Shown here piece by piece: positions 28,622 to 42,836 of a DNA stretch of 64,000 nt. The position numbers and the translations under genes are program-made. Location: the NCBI RefSeq assembly GCF_009914755.1, contig NC_060942.1; one strand, 5' to 3'. How positions within the stretch are numbered: position 1 is the stretch's first letter; every line of letters begins with the position of its first letter. The notes beneath the pieces are model-generated. The model searched no databases, was not told the DNA's origin, and worked only from the letters and a program-made list of their open reading frames with translations. This stretch comes from the human T2T-CHM13v2.0 reference genome, Homo sapiens.

Positions 28622-31600
28622 CCGAAGGAGTTTGGTGAACTCTAGAAGGGTCTAACCATTAGCTACCTGCATCACCATCTCATTATTATTTTTTCTTTAA
28701 ACAGATCTTAGGTGCATGGGATTGGAATAATCAGAATTCCTGATTTATGACACTCTGTCATCACTCGTGCATGTATGGCCCTCTTATTTTCTAATAGTTA
28801 ATTATAATGGCTTTTAAATAATGTAATGAACATCTATGAACCCACCACTCAACCCAACATCTAGAACAATGATAATAACTCACATTACCTACGGATGCCT
28901 CCCTTTTCCCACTTTATATTTCAGATTGGATTATTTTTTTCCAGAATGAAGTATGACAAGAAAGAAATACATGAGAGAAGAAAGACTGTTATACTTTTAA
29001 ATCCCAGTTACAGTTTTTTTGTTTTGTTTTCATTTGCGTACTTGAGACATGGGAATGGGTGAAGAGCTCTCATTAGAAAGAGGAATTCAAAATTTGAGTG
29101 TGACTTTCAGAGGAGCACTTTATTACTGTTTCAAGCATTCTCAGCTAACCAAGATTGAATTTAGATTCTTAAGAATATGGTTGCACACTTATTATTGTAC
29201 ATCAGTGGTTTCTACCTTTAATATGCTCCCTGAAAGTCAGAATAAATTCTGATGAGAGGGGCAGGGAGAATTTATATGAAGCCACAGAGAACACTTAAAA
29301 CATTTCATATTGATTCTTAAAGCTGTTTACCATTTGGATTTTAGAATGAGATTTTTAAAAGGTGCAAAATGTTTGTTACAAATTGGAAAACTGTGAGTTT
29401 CTAGGCAGATGTGCTAAATGTCATTACTCTGACCCTAAGACATTTGAGTCAGAAGTATTTTGAGGGCTGTGAAGCTAAGGCACAATGTAGCCATGTTTAG
29501 GGGCTTCCTTGTGAATGAGTACGGTGGGCAGATCCTCAGGAATCTACAGAGTGGGGCTCTTTAGGGCTACCGGTCTGGTCGGTGGGTGGACATTTTCTAG
29601 GTCCACTCTTTACAGGTTGTCCTAGGCTTATTAGCATTCTCTGCACAGCCTCGGCAGTTGCAGTTACCATTTTACAAAGTGCCAGCAAAACTTGGTTACC
29701 ACGGTTTCTCAGCCTCTTTCCCTGTTTTCTGGCTGGCTGATGCTTTCCAGGGCAGTTCCTAAGGGATGACTGTTCCCATCAAGGAAGGGGTCACCCTCAT
29801 TGGCTCCAACCCCTACACTTATTAGTACTCTCAGCAGAGTAGCTTAAAATTGACCAGGGATTAACTCTTCACCTACCAGAGGTAGTTTTTCTTATTAAGT
29901 ATTGCTAATTAACCTTTTTGTACTTGAGCTGCTACTACTGATCTTCCTGTGATACTGTCAGCTCTATGCAATAATCAGCTACTTATCTGGCTTTTCTTTG
30001 GACTAGGGGCAGAAATTTCCCACAGGATTGTCTGTGGCTTTGTATGCAGAATGCGATAATGAAGGAAAGCAGCTATAATGTGCTTGTAGTGGTGGTGGAC
30101 CACCAGGAGGTGGGAAGCTCTGGTGAACATGAGTAATACCTTCTACATTGAAATGTTTTGATGTGGACCTGGATCCAAGTGAGAGTTGGAATCTAACTGC
30201 CCCCCACCCCCCACACCACTGGTATGTTTAAAAGGGCGCAATTCATTAAAAAATTGAATAACAATTTATTATATTTTCTTGACTTTCTCATTGTATAGTG
30301 TTACGAACTTTTGGGGGAGGATAGTTACATGGCATATTGATTTAAAATTGGTCTTTATGCCAGACCACCTTGTGAATCTTTAGTTCAATAGCCTTGCGAA
30401 GTTGTGGGTCAGTAACACATGAGGAACCAGAGAGAAGCGTAAGTGAAAATGACAAGTACTTAGCAAACACTAGCTAATTGACACGCTTTTTTTGTTGTTG
30501 TTTCTGAATTTTTAATCTACTATGCCATACTATTTTCCTTGGGTGCTGTTGTATATCTTTGGGATTTGTGGACTCCTTCTCCCATCCTTGCCCTCAGAAC
30601 TTTTAATATTTCTTCATGTGTTCAGAGATTGAAAACTGAAACAAAAGCACTAAACATGCCAGCAATGCCTCAGTACCAGACGGGAAGTGTCTCCAGGCTG
30701 GTAGGGGCAGATTCAATCGCAACTCATAAATCTTACTTTGCTTTTCATGAATCTCAGCATCATGAATTCCCCCAGAGCACTTATATATCAGTATGTTCAT
30801 TAAAAACAAACAAATAAACAGAACAACAACAGCAGCAGCAGCCGCAACCACAACCATCACGACGAAGGGCTTAATGGGGCTTTGTTCCTTTTTCAAGGAA
30901 GCTTTACCTTATGGTTATAATTCAGGATGGCTTCCAGAAATAGAGTTCACCACCGAAAGAGTGAAATAAAAATAATGATCAAATACAGCAAGGAATCAGA
31001 GTGTTTAACTTAGCTTCCTGCTCCTTAGTGAGGTAAATTGGAGAAAACCTATCTTTCCAATGGTTGTTGAACTTTCACAAACACCATAAATCTCTCTCTG
31101 TGCCCCACGCCCCACAGATCCAGGTTTTTATGTTTGTTGTAGCAGGCACATTTTTCTTGATTCAGATCCAGGCGGACTGCTTTGGTGGGGGAGTTGTACT
31201 CTGCTGACATTTAAGGCAGGAATTCCCTGGGAAAATAATCAAGAGATTATTTTGGAGCTGCTGGAAAAGCTCCAAAGGGTTTAGGGTTCCCCTCACTAGG
31301 CAAATAAGGAGAGAGAACGAGAGGGAGGGAAAGAGAAAACAGAAGGACTTTATTGAGTGACTGTATTTCATCTGAAGCTGGTACAAAAAACCAGAAATGT
31401 GGTTGGATGACTGGATACTTTTCTTACACCTTATCTCTTACCCAGCTAATATGACAGCTCAGAGTCTGGTTGGGCATTTAAAAAAACAGCTCAGACGTCC
31501 ATAGTAGACAATCAGTTCTCCGGGAAGCAAAGGACTTCGGGATTTAATGGGTTGGACAAAATGTTTGAAATGGTTAACAGTCTAAGTGTAGCCTGTACTA

Positions 31601-32757
31601 GTAATTGTTTTAAAATTTAAATTAAATTTGAATATATTAAAAGCTAAGCCAACATTTTGGTGACCACTCTCACTCAGCAACCTCTGTCATCTACACAGTG
31701 ATCATTACAGAAGGGCTCAGAGTACCCATATTTTTAGCAGACTGACAAAGATGTTTCCAGCTTCAAGGACAGAAAAGGTGTTTAAAATTCTGTACACATG
31801 GGGTATGACTGGCAGAGTAGGCCAAAAAACTAGGTGGTTAAAAAAAATGCTTTCAGAATAATGCTAGAAACAGAACACTTTTTAAAGAAGCAGAAGTGGC
31901 CATAATCTGTGACCACAAAAAGAAATGACTGATCTCAACAGTCAAGTTATTTAGGAATGGCCTTCGATGACCTTTCTAATAATTCAGATGCTTTCTTTTT
32001 TTCCTTCCTAAGTGATCATACATCCTTCTCTTTAACCTCTGTGCTTTTTTTTTTTTCACATTCATACAATCAGGAAAGCACATCTGAAATTCACAGGGAC
32101 TTAGAAGTGTCAAGTCTTGGCATTACTGGTTTTACCTTTCCTGGGTGTTCTTATCTCTTGCCTCACTTTGGCCTGTATTTTTGCTGCAGGGAGTATGCTG
32201 CGACCACACCTTGTCAGGCCCCACCTTGGAGCCAACTTAGGTGATTCTTTTATCCTCAATCCCTTTCCCTTCTCTCACTGCCACAGGATTTTCTGATTCT
32301 TCTTCAAACACTCCTCAGTATTTATCTCCTTCATGAAATCTGCTCTTCGCAAACTTGCTTGGTTCTAGTCACTTAAAAAACCCATAACAACCGGAAGCCT
32401 ATGTGATACTCTACAGTTATAACTAGGTAATATATTGACTCATTCACTGGTGTTTTGATGCTACCTTATCTCTCTTTTAAAATATAAGCTGTAGTTATGG
32501 GAATATATGTCCTGTGAAATTTCTTACTGTGTTGGTGTTGATGATGATGATGATAAAGTGATGGTAATGATTTTGTTGATAATACCATTGTGTAGTGGAA
32601 GGAGAAGGGTAAGATTTGGCAGTCTTGGCTCGATCATTTACCTTCTGTTGGCTGTAGACCCTTGACCTCTTTGAGCTCTGTTTTCATCATCTGAAATGGA
32701 ATAGATGATTATCTGTTCTGTGTTTTTGCAAATTTATGGGAAATCTATGATGCCCTC

Positions 32758-33165
32758 TGTGATGGTTTGGCCTGTTTGACCCTTCTAAATCTCATGTTGA
32801 AATTTGATCCCCAGTGTTGGAGATGGGGCCTGGTGGGAGGTGTTTGTGTCATTGGGGTGGATCCCTAATGAATGGCTTGGTGCCATTCTTGCAGGAGTAA
32901 CTGAATTCTCACTTAGTTCCCATGAGAACTGGTTGTTGAAAAAAACCTGGCATCTCTTCCTCCCTCTCTTGCTTCCTCCTCTCACATGCCAGCTCTGCTT
33001 CCCCCTCCGCCATGAGTGGAATCTTCCTGAAGCCCTCACCAGAAGCAGATGCTGGTGCCATACTCCTTATACAGCCTGCAGAGCTGTGAGCCAAATAGAC
33101 CTCTTTTCTTTTTGAATTGCCCAGACTCAGTTACTTCTTTATAATAATACAAAAATTGACCAAGG
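32758..33165 (+). mobile_element. MSTB-type MaLR solo LTR
   Basis: tgtgatggtttg...aaatctcatgttgaaatttgatccccagtgttggag. Confidence 0.85.
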
Positions 33166-33498
33166 TGTCCTTCTCACCTCATTCTGGTTTGAGTCCAACT
33201 TTTATATGCTTCCATAATAGTTTGGGCTCCCGAATTCCATTGTAGAGTTGTGTCTAGCATGCTGGAATCACTTGTTTACTTTTATCTCCATCACTGGCCT
33301 GTGATGGCAACGGGAGTAGGGAACACTCTCTTAGTCATCTTACTAATTAGTCACATTGTAAAGATTAAAAAGAATTGTGGAGTAAACAAGTGAATATGGC
33401 TCAAATAAGGCAGTATCAGCAGGAATGCTTTGCAAACAGTGTTAATAAATGTGAGTAAGGATGATGCTGAGGCTCATGATTTTAAAAAAGGCATTCAA

Positions 33499-33800
33499 GC
33501 CGGGTGTGGCAGCTCATACTTCGAATGCCAGTGCTTTGGGAGGTTGAGGCAGGAGTATCACTTCAGGCCAAGAGTTCAAGACAGCCTGGGCAACATAGAG
33601 AGACCCGTCTTTACAGACAATTTTTTAAAAATTAGGCATGATAGTATGCACCTGTGGTCCCAGCCACTGGGGGGCTGAGGTGGGAGGATCGCTTGAGCCC
33701 AAGAGTTTGGAGCTGCAGTGAGCTATGATTACACCACTGCATTCCAATCTGGGTGACAGAGTGAGACACTGCTGCTAAAAAATAAATAAGTAAATAAAAA
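33499..33800 (+). mobile_element. AluJ
   Basis: Diverged Alu. Confidence 0.82.
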
Positions 33801-35423
33801 AGGCATTTGCTTATGAGTTAAGAAACTTATCCATGTCAAACCTTGAAAAAAATCATGCATTCTTAATCTTATTATCCAAATTACAGAATGAAATAATAAA
33901 TCTTTTCTAGCATAGGTAAGGATCCATGTTAATGGATGCATATTGCTTTTAAAATAAGAAGTTAGGTAACTGTAGAGTATAAACATTAACGATAAAATTT
34001 CATAAACTTCAAATGTATATAGATAATTCCATGGCTACATTTTAGAGTTTAAGGCAGAAGTAATACATTTTGAAACTTTACTTTGTTTTATGGATTAATA
34101 AAAAATATCTTGCAAATTTTATTAAAAAATAAGAAGCTGATTAGTATATCATCTCCTCATTGGCTTATTAACTCTTTGTGGTTGATAATAAATGACATTA
34201 CTGAGTACTGCTGCGAATAACACCGTGGAGAATCAGTAACTTGGTGAAATTATGGTTTCTAAAGTAAAGGTGCTCCTCAGTGTCACCCTGCAATCCTATA
34301 TGGGTTCAGAGTCATCTGTCTTTCTCATTCTCCAGTCAGAACCCTAGCTGAGACAGAAAATGACTCTGGCTTCCCTAAGCAAAGGAAAGTTTATTGAAAG
34401 TATATTGAGGCTCAAAGAATTGTGGGGAGGATGGAGAACCAGTTTGCAAGTGGCAACACCCCAGGTAGCTCTGGAAGCTGGAGGCAGGACCTGCACATCA
34501 GCTGCTGGGATGGATGGACTTCCAGCCTTCCTCCTTTTCTGGCATTGCTGCCTTCAGAAGCAAAATTGCAGAAGTGAGCATTTGATACTGGGTCAGGGAG
34601 AGAGATGACTTCCATAGAGGGAGAGAGTCATCAGGCATTATCCTCCTCCCAAGGCCACACTCAGTGGGTGAGGGGTAATAATGATGGCAGCTCTTTTGTA
34701 CGATCTCATTTAATCCTTAACACAACCCTTTGAAGGAGACACTATTGCTGTCCCTGTTTACAGATAAGGAGACTGAGGCAGAGAGAGATGACAGACTCTG
34801 CTTGAAGGTCACACTGCCAGTGTACAGTGAAGCTGGATTCGAACTGTGGCAATCAGACTCCAGAGTTCTAGTTTTTTATCACTTTAGCATGCTGCCTCTT
34901 CAAGAGGACTCTGGTAGGCAACTCAGCAGGAGGCTTGATACAGGCAGCTGAAAAATAGCAAATGCCCCTTTGCACCATTCTTCCACCTGTCTCCCTTTAC
35001 CCCAGTTCTGCATAGAACACATGCCTCATTCTTCACTGGGAAAGTAGAGGCCTTCCACCCAAGCACTCTGTCCACTGCTCTCTTTCACCTACACACATGG
35101 CCTCTAACATTTCTGTAGCCAAAAGAAAATTTTGTATTTTTTCTCTTCAAATCAAATGCCATCTCCGTTCATCCAGCTACCCCACGTCAGAAAGTGGAGA
35201 GTCATTCCTGACTTCTTCTCTCAACCCACACTCCCAATCAATCACAGGATTCTGTCACTCTCACCTCGTAAATATCTCTTGCATTCTTCTCCTCTTTTTA
35301 CCCCATTGTCACCTTCTTAGGTCAAACCTTAATGATTTACATTTGGATTATTAGCCTCCTAGAGAGTCTCCCTCCCATAGCCCTGTACCCCTCTAACCCA
35401 TCATTGCCTCAGGAATAAACCTC

Positions 35424-35722
<299 letters not shown>

Positions 35723-35914
35723 AGAGTAAGCTTTCTAACACACAACCTGAAACTGATTTTGCAACCCTCTGGCTTAAAATCCTTCAAAGGTGCTGCTTGT
35801 GTTCCAGGTAGATCTCAAACTGCTGACCCTTGCCATTTAATCATTGGCTGCAGGTTCTCCCCACACTTGGCTCCCACCATCCTGACACCCACTTTTCTTT
35901 CTAGTTACACAGGA

Positions 35915-36190
35915 CTGTGTTGGTCAGCTCAGGCTGCCGTAACAATGTACCATAGACTGGGGGGCTTGAACAACAGACATTTATTTTCTCACAGGAGACT
36001 GGATATCAAGGGTAATTTGGTGACTTTGGTTTTTCCTGGGGCCTCCCTTGCTTGCAGGGGATGCCTTCTTGCCATGCCCTCACATGTCCTTTTCTCTGTG
36101 TGTGCACATCCCTGGTATCTCTCTGTATGTCCTGATGAGTTCTTTTTGACATCTGAACTTGGAGGAGGACATAATGCAGTGCATAGCAGG
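35915..36190 (-). mobile_element. MLT1-type LTR fragment
   Basis: ggctgccgtaacaatgtaccatagactgggggcttgaacaacagacatttattttctcaca. Confidence 0.7.
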
Positions 36191-38474
36191 GACCTGTCCA
36201 ACAGAAGTCCTAGGGCTTCTTACACATTCTTTCTTCCCTTCCCTGACTAGGTAACTTATATCTCATCCTTTAAAATTCAATTTAAGTTTCACTTTTTCTG
36301 TAAAACCTTTCCTGTTCCTCTAATTTTATTTAGATGTCATTTCTCTTTATTTCTCCCACAACACCCTTCCAAAATAGCTTCATACCTCCCTATTTCCAAG
36401 CATATAAATATCAGATCCCCTTCATGTTGCTCCCCAAAAGACATGAGTTGCCCCAGTAAGCAGGTATAAGAATCAAAGGCCTTTTTCACCAGTAATGGAT
36501 GACTCACTAGGAATTGTACACAGGGCTGCTTTAGTTATAATTAAGGGTTGTGTTATAATTACACTGCTCCATAATTTATGGTTGTACTTTGGTCTTCCTT
36601 GAAAATAGAGTAAGTTTGTAGAAAAATTGGCTAATTTCAGAATCATTTGATAAAATCTTTTACCAAACACAGAATCCTATACTGTTTAACTGGTTAGAGT
36701 AAAAAAATAAATTTTTATTTCAAATGGGAGAGACTTCTTGAGAAACAATTTAATAAACCAGTAAAGTACTGACATAATGAACTATGATTTGTATTGATAT
36801 CTGAGAGTGATTGGTACAATAGAACATTGTAACAAAGTCTGAATGGTTTCATAGACATACTCAGTATATACTTAATATTTTTGTTGTAATCATTTTTTTT
36901 TGTGCACAGTCTTTGTAACTGACCAAAGGGGCATATGAAAATCACCTGATAAGCTTTCAAGAGCAATGTGATTCTTATTTCTTTTTATTGCTAATAATTC
37001 CATTTTAAAGATGAAGAATTGTTGTGTGGAATAAATGAAAGAACTCTATAGTGCCTTCGTAGTTTCAACACTTTACCCTTTGAAAGCATATTACACTGGA
37101 GATCTCACAGAATAAGTATAAAACCTCATATTACCCTTTTCATACTGCACAACATTTTGAGTAGAGAAAGTGCTGCCCCAAGTGCCTTGTGGCTCGTGAG
37201 ATGTTAGGGAGGCCAAAAGAAATTGCTAGAACCAGAACTCATGAGTGCCTCAAGGCCTCAGCCTCAGTTGAGATCATTAGGTTTAACTACAGCTGAATAT
37301 GGGAATATAGTTCCTCAGACACTCCTAAGTATTATGTCATCCCAGAAACCTTTAATTTTGGTGAAAGAAGAACAAGTGCTTCCATAGTTGATAAGATTAA
37401 AGTTCTAATGGTTAGTTGTCTGTCAAAATTACATAGTAGTAGAACACATGAACTATTCCCCGAGTTAGGGTTCTGAAGATTTAGCTCTAACCATTGTAAT
37501 TTGTTCACTCCAACAAGGAAGCTGAACTTTGATCTTCTTGGTTGCATCACATCCTCACTACATAATACATGGAGTCAACAGTCCATATTGTATCTTTTAA
37601 AAGAGAAAGTGAAAACAGATCCATTTAACCATTTTCCCAGTAAAATTGTTTGCTCTCTGAAGCTAAAGATGGCAAGGTGGTCACTTTCAGTGAGCACCTC
37701 AATCTTGAAATCTTGATCGAGGTGTGTGTACTGTGTACAATTCCTAGTGTGTTGTCCATCTAGTAGAGTTAGATTTCAAAATCAACAGCAGAAGTAGAAC
37801 TGAATAACTGAACATTTATAAAATTAGAAGATAAAGAGTGGACTAAGCAACTAAGAAAGTATTTTAGGACACTTTAAAACACCTAGAAATAAATTAGTTT
37901 AAACATTCAGTTTGTTACCTATGGCAAAACACTAAAATTCTTGAAATGTTGGGAGTGGACAGGCAGGTGTTTGAGATATCATTCTTTCTATTTCTGTATG
38001 GTTGAAATATTAAATAAATAAGAAATTAAATACATATCGTAAATGCTGGTTGATATTATTATGCTCAGTGTTCCTGCCCAGCTGCTTCCGCAGGGTAATG
38101 CTCTCTGAAGATTTATCCATGATTCAGGAATACTCCCCCCAACCTGGGGGCTCTGATGCTGCTCCGTCTTCCCTTTGCTTGGCTCTGATAGGTACCCTAG
38201 AGCCACTCCCCTGGCTGCTCAAACTCCTGGTATCCCCTGCACTTTCTTCTTATGTTTAGCCAGTGATTTCAACTCCTACATCACAATGAAAAGAAACCTT
38301 CAAAGGGAAATCCTTCAAATTCCTGCCACCAAATCTAAAAATGTCTCCACATCTGTGTCATCCCCTCCTTCTGTTTCTTACTGGAGAAATATCCCTCCCT
38401 TATCTCAGATGAATTTCTCCACTTCTGTTATGGGTTCCGCCCTCTCCTACCTCCTCTAGTACCATTCTCTAATC

Positions 38475-40538
38475 CAGCAGTCCTCAAATTGAACTATATA
38501 TGTTGACATCATACTAGGAACTGAAGCAGAAAAATTTTAAAAATATGTTATAATTTTCTTAAAATATCAAGAATAAACCCAATATATGTTAACTAAATTG
38601 AATTTTTATTTATTTATTTGTTTATGTTTTTGAGACAGGGTCTTGCTCCATCCAGGCTGGAGTACCGGGGTGCTGTCACAGCTCACTGTAGTCTCGAACG
38701 CCTGGACTCGAGTGATCCTCCTACCTCAGCCTTCTAAGTAGCTGGGACTACAGGCATGCACCACCATGCTAAGCTAATTTGCAAACACTTTTTGTTGAGA
38801 CGGGGGGTCTTGCTATGTTGCCAGGCTGGTGTTGAATTTCTGGTGTTGTTCAGGCTGGTTTCAAGTGATGTTCTTGCCCCAGCCTCCCAAAGTGCTGGGA
38901 CTATAGGTGTGAGTCACCTTATTTTATAAGTCACATTTATTTCATAAATAAAAATAAATTTAATTTTCAAAACAAAAACAATTAGTGAAAAGAGAGCATT
39001 GTTTTATATTTTTTCAAATCCCTTTAAGTCTGATTTAGTAGAAATCACCTGGATTTCTGTATACAATCTATTGTGAAATAGTTATTTAGTTGAAGTATGA
39101 GAAGAGAGTCCTACCCCATACACATATGTAGTTGGAAAAGGGAGGACTTTTTTTTAACAATCTGTTCAGATAATTGTGGATATTTTTCTTTAATACTATA
39201 CCAAAACTTAACAAGTGGTACTTTCTTAAATCTAGTTGCAATGTGGAATCTGAAAGTATATTAATGATTTTTTAATATCTTGTTACTTTAAAATCCATTA
39301 ATCTATTTACACTTTGAACTAATTTTTTACTAAGGCATGATTTTTAACATTATTCATGGTGTTTTGAAAAATATTGGTTCACTGAGGTGTGCAGACCATC
39401 CAAATGTTGGCATATTTTATTTTATAACATAAAAATACCACATTCATTAATATGACCAATGACATCAGAGCATTTAAGCATTGAGAGCTGTCAAACTCAT
39501 GAGGCTGATACAAATTTTCCAAAATTATAATTTTTGCTTAAAAGCTCAAATATTAATATTGGAAACAAATTCCATCAGTTTTTCTTGAGGTGACAGGCTC
39601 ATTTTGCTTACTTTAAGAAAATATCTTCCAAACATTCAATTTGAATAGCCATGGTTTGTTAGCCATTCTTTGAAGTAAAAATAGTATTTCATGAAAAAAG
39701 GGGTTAGTTCAGCTCACAACTATATAGACCCAAAAAAAAAGCCATCACACTTGGTCTACAGGAGAAGTGCTTTATATGCACTTTCCATTTTGCCACATTG
39801 AATGCTAAAAAGATATGGACTGTGAATCAAGATATAATAAGATTAAAATTTGTGTGTGTCACCAAGAACTTTCTTAAGTGAAACTGGTGTTGATCTTACT
39901 GTGTGTGGTGGTGAAGAGGATAATGACCGCCATGATGGTGTGATGGCTCTACCTTGATTCATGCCATGGGGCCAGCAGTTTTATCCATTGCTATGGTTTG
40001 AATGTGTCCCCCCAAATTCATGTGCTGGAAACTTAATCCCCAGTGCAACAGTGTGGAGAAGTGGAGCCTTTAAGGGGTGATTAGGTCATAAGGGCAGAAA
40101 ATGAATTAATGCCAATATCGAGGGAGTGGGTGAGTTATTGTGGGAGTGGATTCCTGATAAAAGGATGAGTTTGACTCCGTTCCTCTTGCTCTGTCTTGTG
40201 TTTTTTTACTCTTCAGTCTTCCTCCATGGGATGATATAACAAAAGGGCCCTTGGCAGATGCAAGCCCCTTGATCTTGGACTTCCCAGCCTCCAGAACTGC
40301 AAGAAAAAAAATCTCTCTTCTTTATAAATTACCCAGTCTCAGATGTTCTATTATAGCAGCACAAAATGGACTAATACACCCACCATTGCTTTTGCACTGA
40401 TAATACAAAAGTCACATGGTGAAAAAGGCAAATGCTATCTTATTATTATTATTATGAATACAGTTTTGATCTCTCAGCCTCCCTGAAAAGGTTTTTGGGA
40501 CCCCTAGAGGTATGTAGGCCACCCTTTGAGACCCACTG
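38475..40538 (-). mobile_element. Charlie1-family hAT DNA transposon with nested AluJ (~38602-38919) and MST/MLT1A LTR (39989-40378)
   Basis: Termini cagcagtcctcaaa / tttgagacccactg; 8-bp TSD ctctaatc / atctaatt. Confidence 0.75.
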
Positions 40539-42245
40539 ATCTAATTGATTGTCTCCTTTTTTTGTATCTTAATTCTCTAATTCATATTGTGTCTGTATCT
40601 TTTAAGCATGCTGATATGTCTCCCAACTTAGAAAAAAACTTTAAAGGTAACTCCAAGTTACTCACCAAAGACCATTAAATCTATTTTCCCTTTACAGCCA
40701 AATGTCTTTAAAGAATCATCTCCACTTATTGTCTCTGCTTTTCCCGTCTTCCATGCTTTCACACCCATTCCAATCTCATTTATTCCCTTATCTGTTTCTG
40801 TAAACTGCTCTTTTTAGGTTCCAAGGGCCTTTCCTGTCATGTGACTCCAGGAGACATGCTCCAGTCCTTACCTTCCTTGACCCTTCTGCAGCATCTGACC
40901 CCTCTGACCACTTTGTTCATCACAATCTGTGCCATGAATTCTGCTAAGTGCTTTAAATGAAATAGCTCATTTAATCCTCACGGTAACCTGGTGATATAGC
41001 TAGGATTGTTATTCCATCTTATAATTTAGAAAACTGAGAAAACTGCCCGAGGTCATACAGGTCACAAGTAGAAGTATAGAGTCTCAAGGTCAGCTCTCCA
41101 TGACCCCAGATCCAGAGGCCTTAACCACAATATACCCCTTTTTGGAAACACTCACTTCCCTTTCCCACAGTACCACTCTCCAGGTTTATTTTCCTTCCTC
41201 TCTAGGTCTTTGTATGTGAAAAAAAATACACTTGTTCCACGTTCTTGCTTTGCTTATAGCAAAAGTCCTGGGAAAGGTTACTTAACTGGCCATGGCTAAG
41301 TAATGGGCACACCCAGCCCCTGCCTTTGCCATACTGAGGAATGGGTTGTTTGTATCCTTTAGCTCTGGAAGGTACCCCTAAGCCTGTACCCAAGGGACTT
41401 GCTCAAGCCAAAGAATAATTGGATGTTACTTCATTCAGAATTGATAAATGGTCACTAGGATTTATTCTTCTCTTTCTTCTTTTTTTTTTCACTGACTCCT
41501 ACTCATATTTTAAGACTCAACTTAGATACTGCTCTTTCCCAGAAGCCTTTCCTGACTTCCAAATCTGGATTAGCTGTGCCCCTTGGTGCCCTGAGCTTCC
41601 TCCCTTGTGGTATTGTCTTATGGTGCATTGAAGTTGCTGGCTTACATTTCTTCTCTGAGTTCTAGCTTTCAGATGGCGAGATTGTGTCTGAGTTTCACCT
41701 TACACCCCCAGAATCTGGTACAGGGCCTGGAATCCATGTCCCTTAATATTTGATGAATAATAAATATACTGGGTGTGAGGAACGAATGGGACCTTCCTGA
41801 GATATGTATCTGGAAGTCATTAATGGGGAAAAGTGCTCTCAAGAGTGGTCTAAAGATTTTAGAATTATTTTCACAGAAATAGTGTTTGAAGTCATTGGAA
41901 CGAATTAGACACTATGGGAGAAAGAAGAAAAAAATGTCTCCGGGAATGGGAAAATAAGAGCCTATGAAGGACCCTGAAAAACACATGGGTTAGAGTTGAA
42001 ATTCATGTGGCTGCAATGCTGTGGAAACAAAAAGAGGGAAGTTCATAAAATAGGGATACCCTGGGGTCCAACAGTTGCAAACACATTAAAGGGAATAAAA
42101 ATTTTTTAAATGCCATGTGATTTTGAAATAATTCTGTGGTTTTAAAAAGAACTGTTGCAGTTGAATAAAGATAAAAATCACGGAGTGAGGAGAAAGTGCA
42201 TAGTGAAGAAATCGAGGTTGAAGGTGAAGCATAATATATACAGCT

Positions 42246-42412
42246 CAGTGGTTCTCAACCAGGTATGCACATCAGTTCACCTGCACAGATGTACAAATCA
42301 CTAACCCTGGCACCATTTGCAGTTTTCTCATTCAGTAGATCTGGAATGGGGCCTGGGATTCTGTAATTTTGAAAAGCGTTATAGATAACTGAACCTCTGG
42401 TTGAAAATCTTT
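42246..42412 (+). mobile_element. MER5A-like MITE
   Basis: cagtggttctcaacc...ttcagtagatctggaatggggcctggga. Confidence 0.7.
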
Positions 42413-42476
42413 AGTGTATGTCCATCACTTTATTAGTTTGGCTGGTGCACCAATGAAGGAAGTAAGGTTAGGGGAA

Positions 42477-42648
42477 GTGTTATGGGCTGAATTGCATTCC
42501 CCCCAAATTTATATGTTGAAGCCTTAACCCCCAATATGACTGTATTTACCTTAAATAAATAATGAGGATTAAATGACATCATACAGGTGGGGCCCTAATC
42601 CAAAAGGGCTGGTGTCCTTATTAGAAGAGGAAGAGACACTGGAGTATG

Positions 42649-42687
<39 letters not shown>

Positions 42688-42836
42688 CACTGAGAAAGCA
42701 GCCATCCACAAGCTAGGAGGAGAGGTCTCACCAGAAATAAATCCTGCTGGTACCTTAGTCCTGAACTTCCAGCCTCCAGAGCTGTGAGAAATAAATAGCT
42801 GTTGTTTAAACCACCCTGTTTTAGTGAGCTTCACTA
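42477..42836 (+). mobile_element. MLT1 LTR with internal (CT)n
   Basis: tgttatgggctgaattg...ccccaaatttatatgttgaag...cttccagcctccagagctgtgagaaataaa. Confidence 0.8.
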